Assembly (NCBI RefSeq): GCF_001194135.2
Contig: NC_068995.1
Coordinates: 30,823,272 to 30,887,271 of the forward strand
Direction: 5' to 3'
DNA: 64,000 nucleotides
Source: Octopus bimaculoides
Lineage: Eukaryota
Both the position numbers and the translations under genes were made by a program. Shown one piece after another: positions 62,228 to 64,000 of this stretch. A model generated the notes under the pieces. It had not been told where the DNA came from and ran no database searches. It saw nothing but the letters and a program-made list of their open reading frames with translations. Positions within the stretch are counted from its first letter, which is position 1. Every line of letters starts with the position of its first letter.

Positions 62228-63820
62228 TGAGGGGTACCCAGAAGAAACCAGAATTTTACCATGTTTTATTTGCACAGTTGGGCCTAATGCAGTTTCACAC
62301 CTCTCCTTGAAAAATGCATTAAAAAAAAAAAAATTCCATATTCCTGTTTTAGATGTCGGAAATTATAANNNNNNNNNNNNNNNNNNNNNNNNNNNNNNNN
62401 NNNNNNNNNNNNNNNNNNNNNNNNNNNNNNNNNNNNNNNNNNNNNNNNNNNNNNNNNNNNNNNNNNNNNNNNNNNNNNNNNNNNNNNNNNNNNNNNNNNN
62501 NNNNNNNNNNNNNNNNNNNNNNNNNNNNNNNNNNNNNNNNNNNNNNNNNNNNNNNNNNNNNNNNNNNNNNNNNNNNNNNNNNNNNNNNNNNNNNNNNNNN
62601 NNNNNNNNNNNNNNNNNNNNNNNNNNNNNNNNNNNNNNNNNNNNNNNNNNNNNNNNNNNNNNNNNNNNNNNNNNNNNNNNNNNNNNNNNNNNNNNNNNNN
62701 NNNNNNNNNNNNNNNNNNNNNNNNNNNNNNNNNNNNNNNNNNNNNNNNNNNNNNNNNNNNNNNNNNNNNNNNNNNNNNNNNNNNNNNNNNNNNNNNNNNN
62801 NNNNNNNNNNNNNNNNNNNNNNNNNNNNNNNNNNNNNNNNNNNNNNNNNNNNNNNNNNNNNNNNNNNNNNNNNNNNNNNNNNNNNNNNNNNNNNNNNNNN
62901 NNNNNNNNNNNNNNNNNNNNNNNNNNNNNNNNNNGAAATTAAAAAAAAAAGTTATTTTGCATATTCGTAATCTCCGACATCTAAAACATAGGAATCCTGA
63001 AAAAGTTTTTTTAAAAAATGCATTTTTCAAGGAGAGGTGTGAAACTGCATTAGCCCCGCATAGTTTTACATGTTTTCAGTTTTATCGTCTTCAAAGTATT
63101 TTCCATTTGAAGCAATGCATCAGTCCAGATGCATTTTCCACTGCTCAAAGTAATCCTGAAGCTCTTGCAAAGTGATGCCTTTTAACACCTCTGTCAGTTT
63201 TTTTCTTCACCTCTTCCACATCTGCAAATTCTGTAGTACTAGCTTTCATCACCAGTGATGACTTTCAAAGAAAAGTCTGGACTAACTGTTCTTTCAGTTC
63301 ACAACACATGTTCAGTCGTGACTGCCTTTGATCTTCCATGAGCAAGCAAGGCACAAATTTTGCTAGAACTCTTTTCATTCACAATTCCTTGCTCAAAATG
63401 TGTTGGCAGGAGCTCCAGGATACACCAGTCATATCAACAAGTTCGTCATTTGTTTGGCGATCACCCTCTAAGATCAGTTCATGAATTTTCATGATGTTTG
63501 CATTTGTTCAGGAGGTTGACTGTTGCCCTGAATGAGGTTGGTCTTCAAGTGACCATTCTTAAAGCATGAAAACCACTTATAAACTTGTGTTTTGTTCGTG
63601 GTAGCACTCTTGTAAACTGTTTGAAGCATGACAACTGTTTTAGCTGCCCTTCTCCCCAGCAGAAAACAATTTTACAGAAGCAAGCTGTTGCTTCATTTCA
63701 GCCATCGCAAAATCATCAAACAGGGGAAAAGCACTGCAAAACTACAGCCTGACCGAGACCTGAACTACAGCAGGTTTGTCTCACAGAGAATGCTTCTGGT
63801 TACTTTTGGGTATCTCCTCA
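62228..63820 (-). mobile_element. Internally deleted mariner transposon with a nested inverted-repeat element
   Basis: TA|TGAGGGGTACCCA at the left and TTTTGGGTATCTCCTCA|TA at the right. The minus strand reads KVITGDES and FADVEEVKKK...EQWKMHLD.CIASNGKYFE. Nested ~100-bp inverted arms at about 62281-62368 and 62955-63057 surround an N-gap. Confidence 0.75.
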
Positions 63821-64000
63821 TATATATACATACACGTGTACATACTATATATGTAGCAAGTCTTTGCACAAGTTTCTGCTTACCAAATTCCATTGGCATT
63901 AGCTAACCTAGGGCAACAGTAGAAAACATTTGCTTAATGTGCCACACAGTAAGATTGGACCTGGAGACATGGCTGCTACAGAATCTTAACAACACAGCCA

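Overview
AT-rich, microsatellite- and transposon-dense eukaryotic DNA with eight N-gaps. The repeat families suggest a cephalopod, probably Octopus; this is an inference, not a database result. The only host protein gene I can support is the 5' part of CSTF3 (CstF-77 / Drosophila su(f)) on the + strand. Three phase-0 coding exons lie at 10932-11093, 31078-31179 and 35219-35314, separated by introns of about 20 kb and 4 kb. The third intron runs past the window end (at least 28.7 kb unless exon 4 is hidden in a gap). The rest is mobile DNA: a near-full-length RTE LINE with a PHD-finger insert and many RTE fragments, R4/Dong-type relics, a Penelope-like element with an inverted terminal arm, tRNA-derived SINEs, and mariner, Tigger and hAT relics and MITEs. 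Best leads: (1) a very weak CSTF3 intron-3 donor followed by a candidate intronic poly(A) site, the architecture known for CstF-77 feedback autoregulation in vertebrates; (2) a tandemly duplicated, frame-shifting splice acceptor on the same exon; (3) a Penelope terminal repeat carrying both a tRNA-like Pol III module and a hammerhead ribozyme relic; (4) an intron-like 103-nt segment in the RTE 5' leader; (5) several long fold-back structures in the pre-mRNA.
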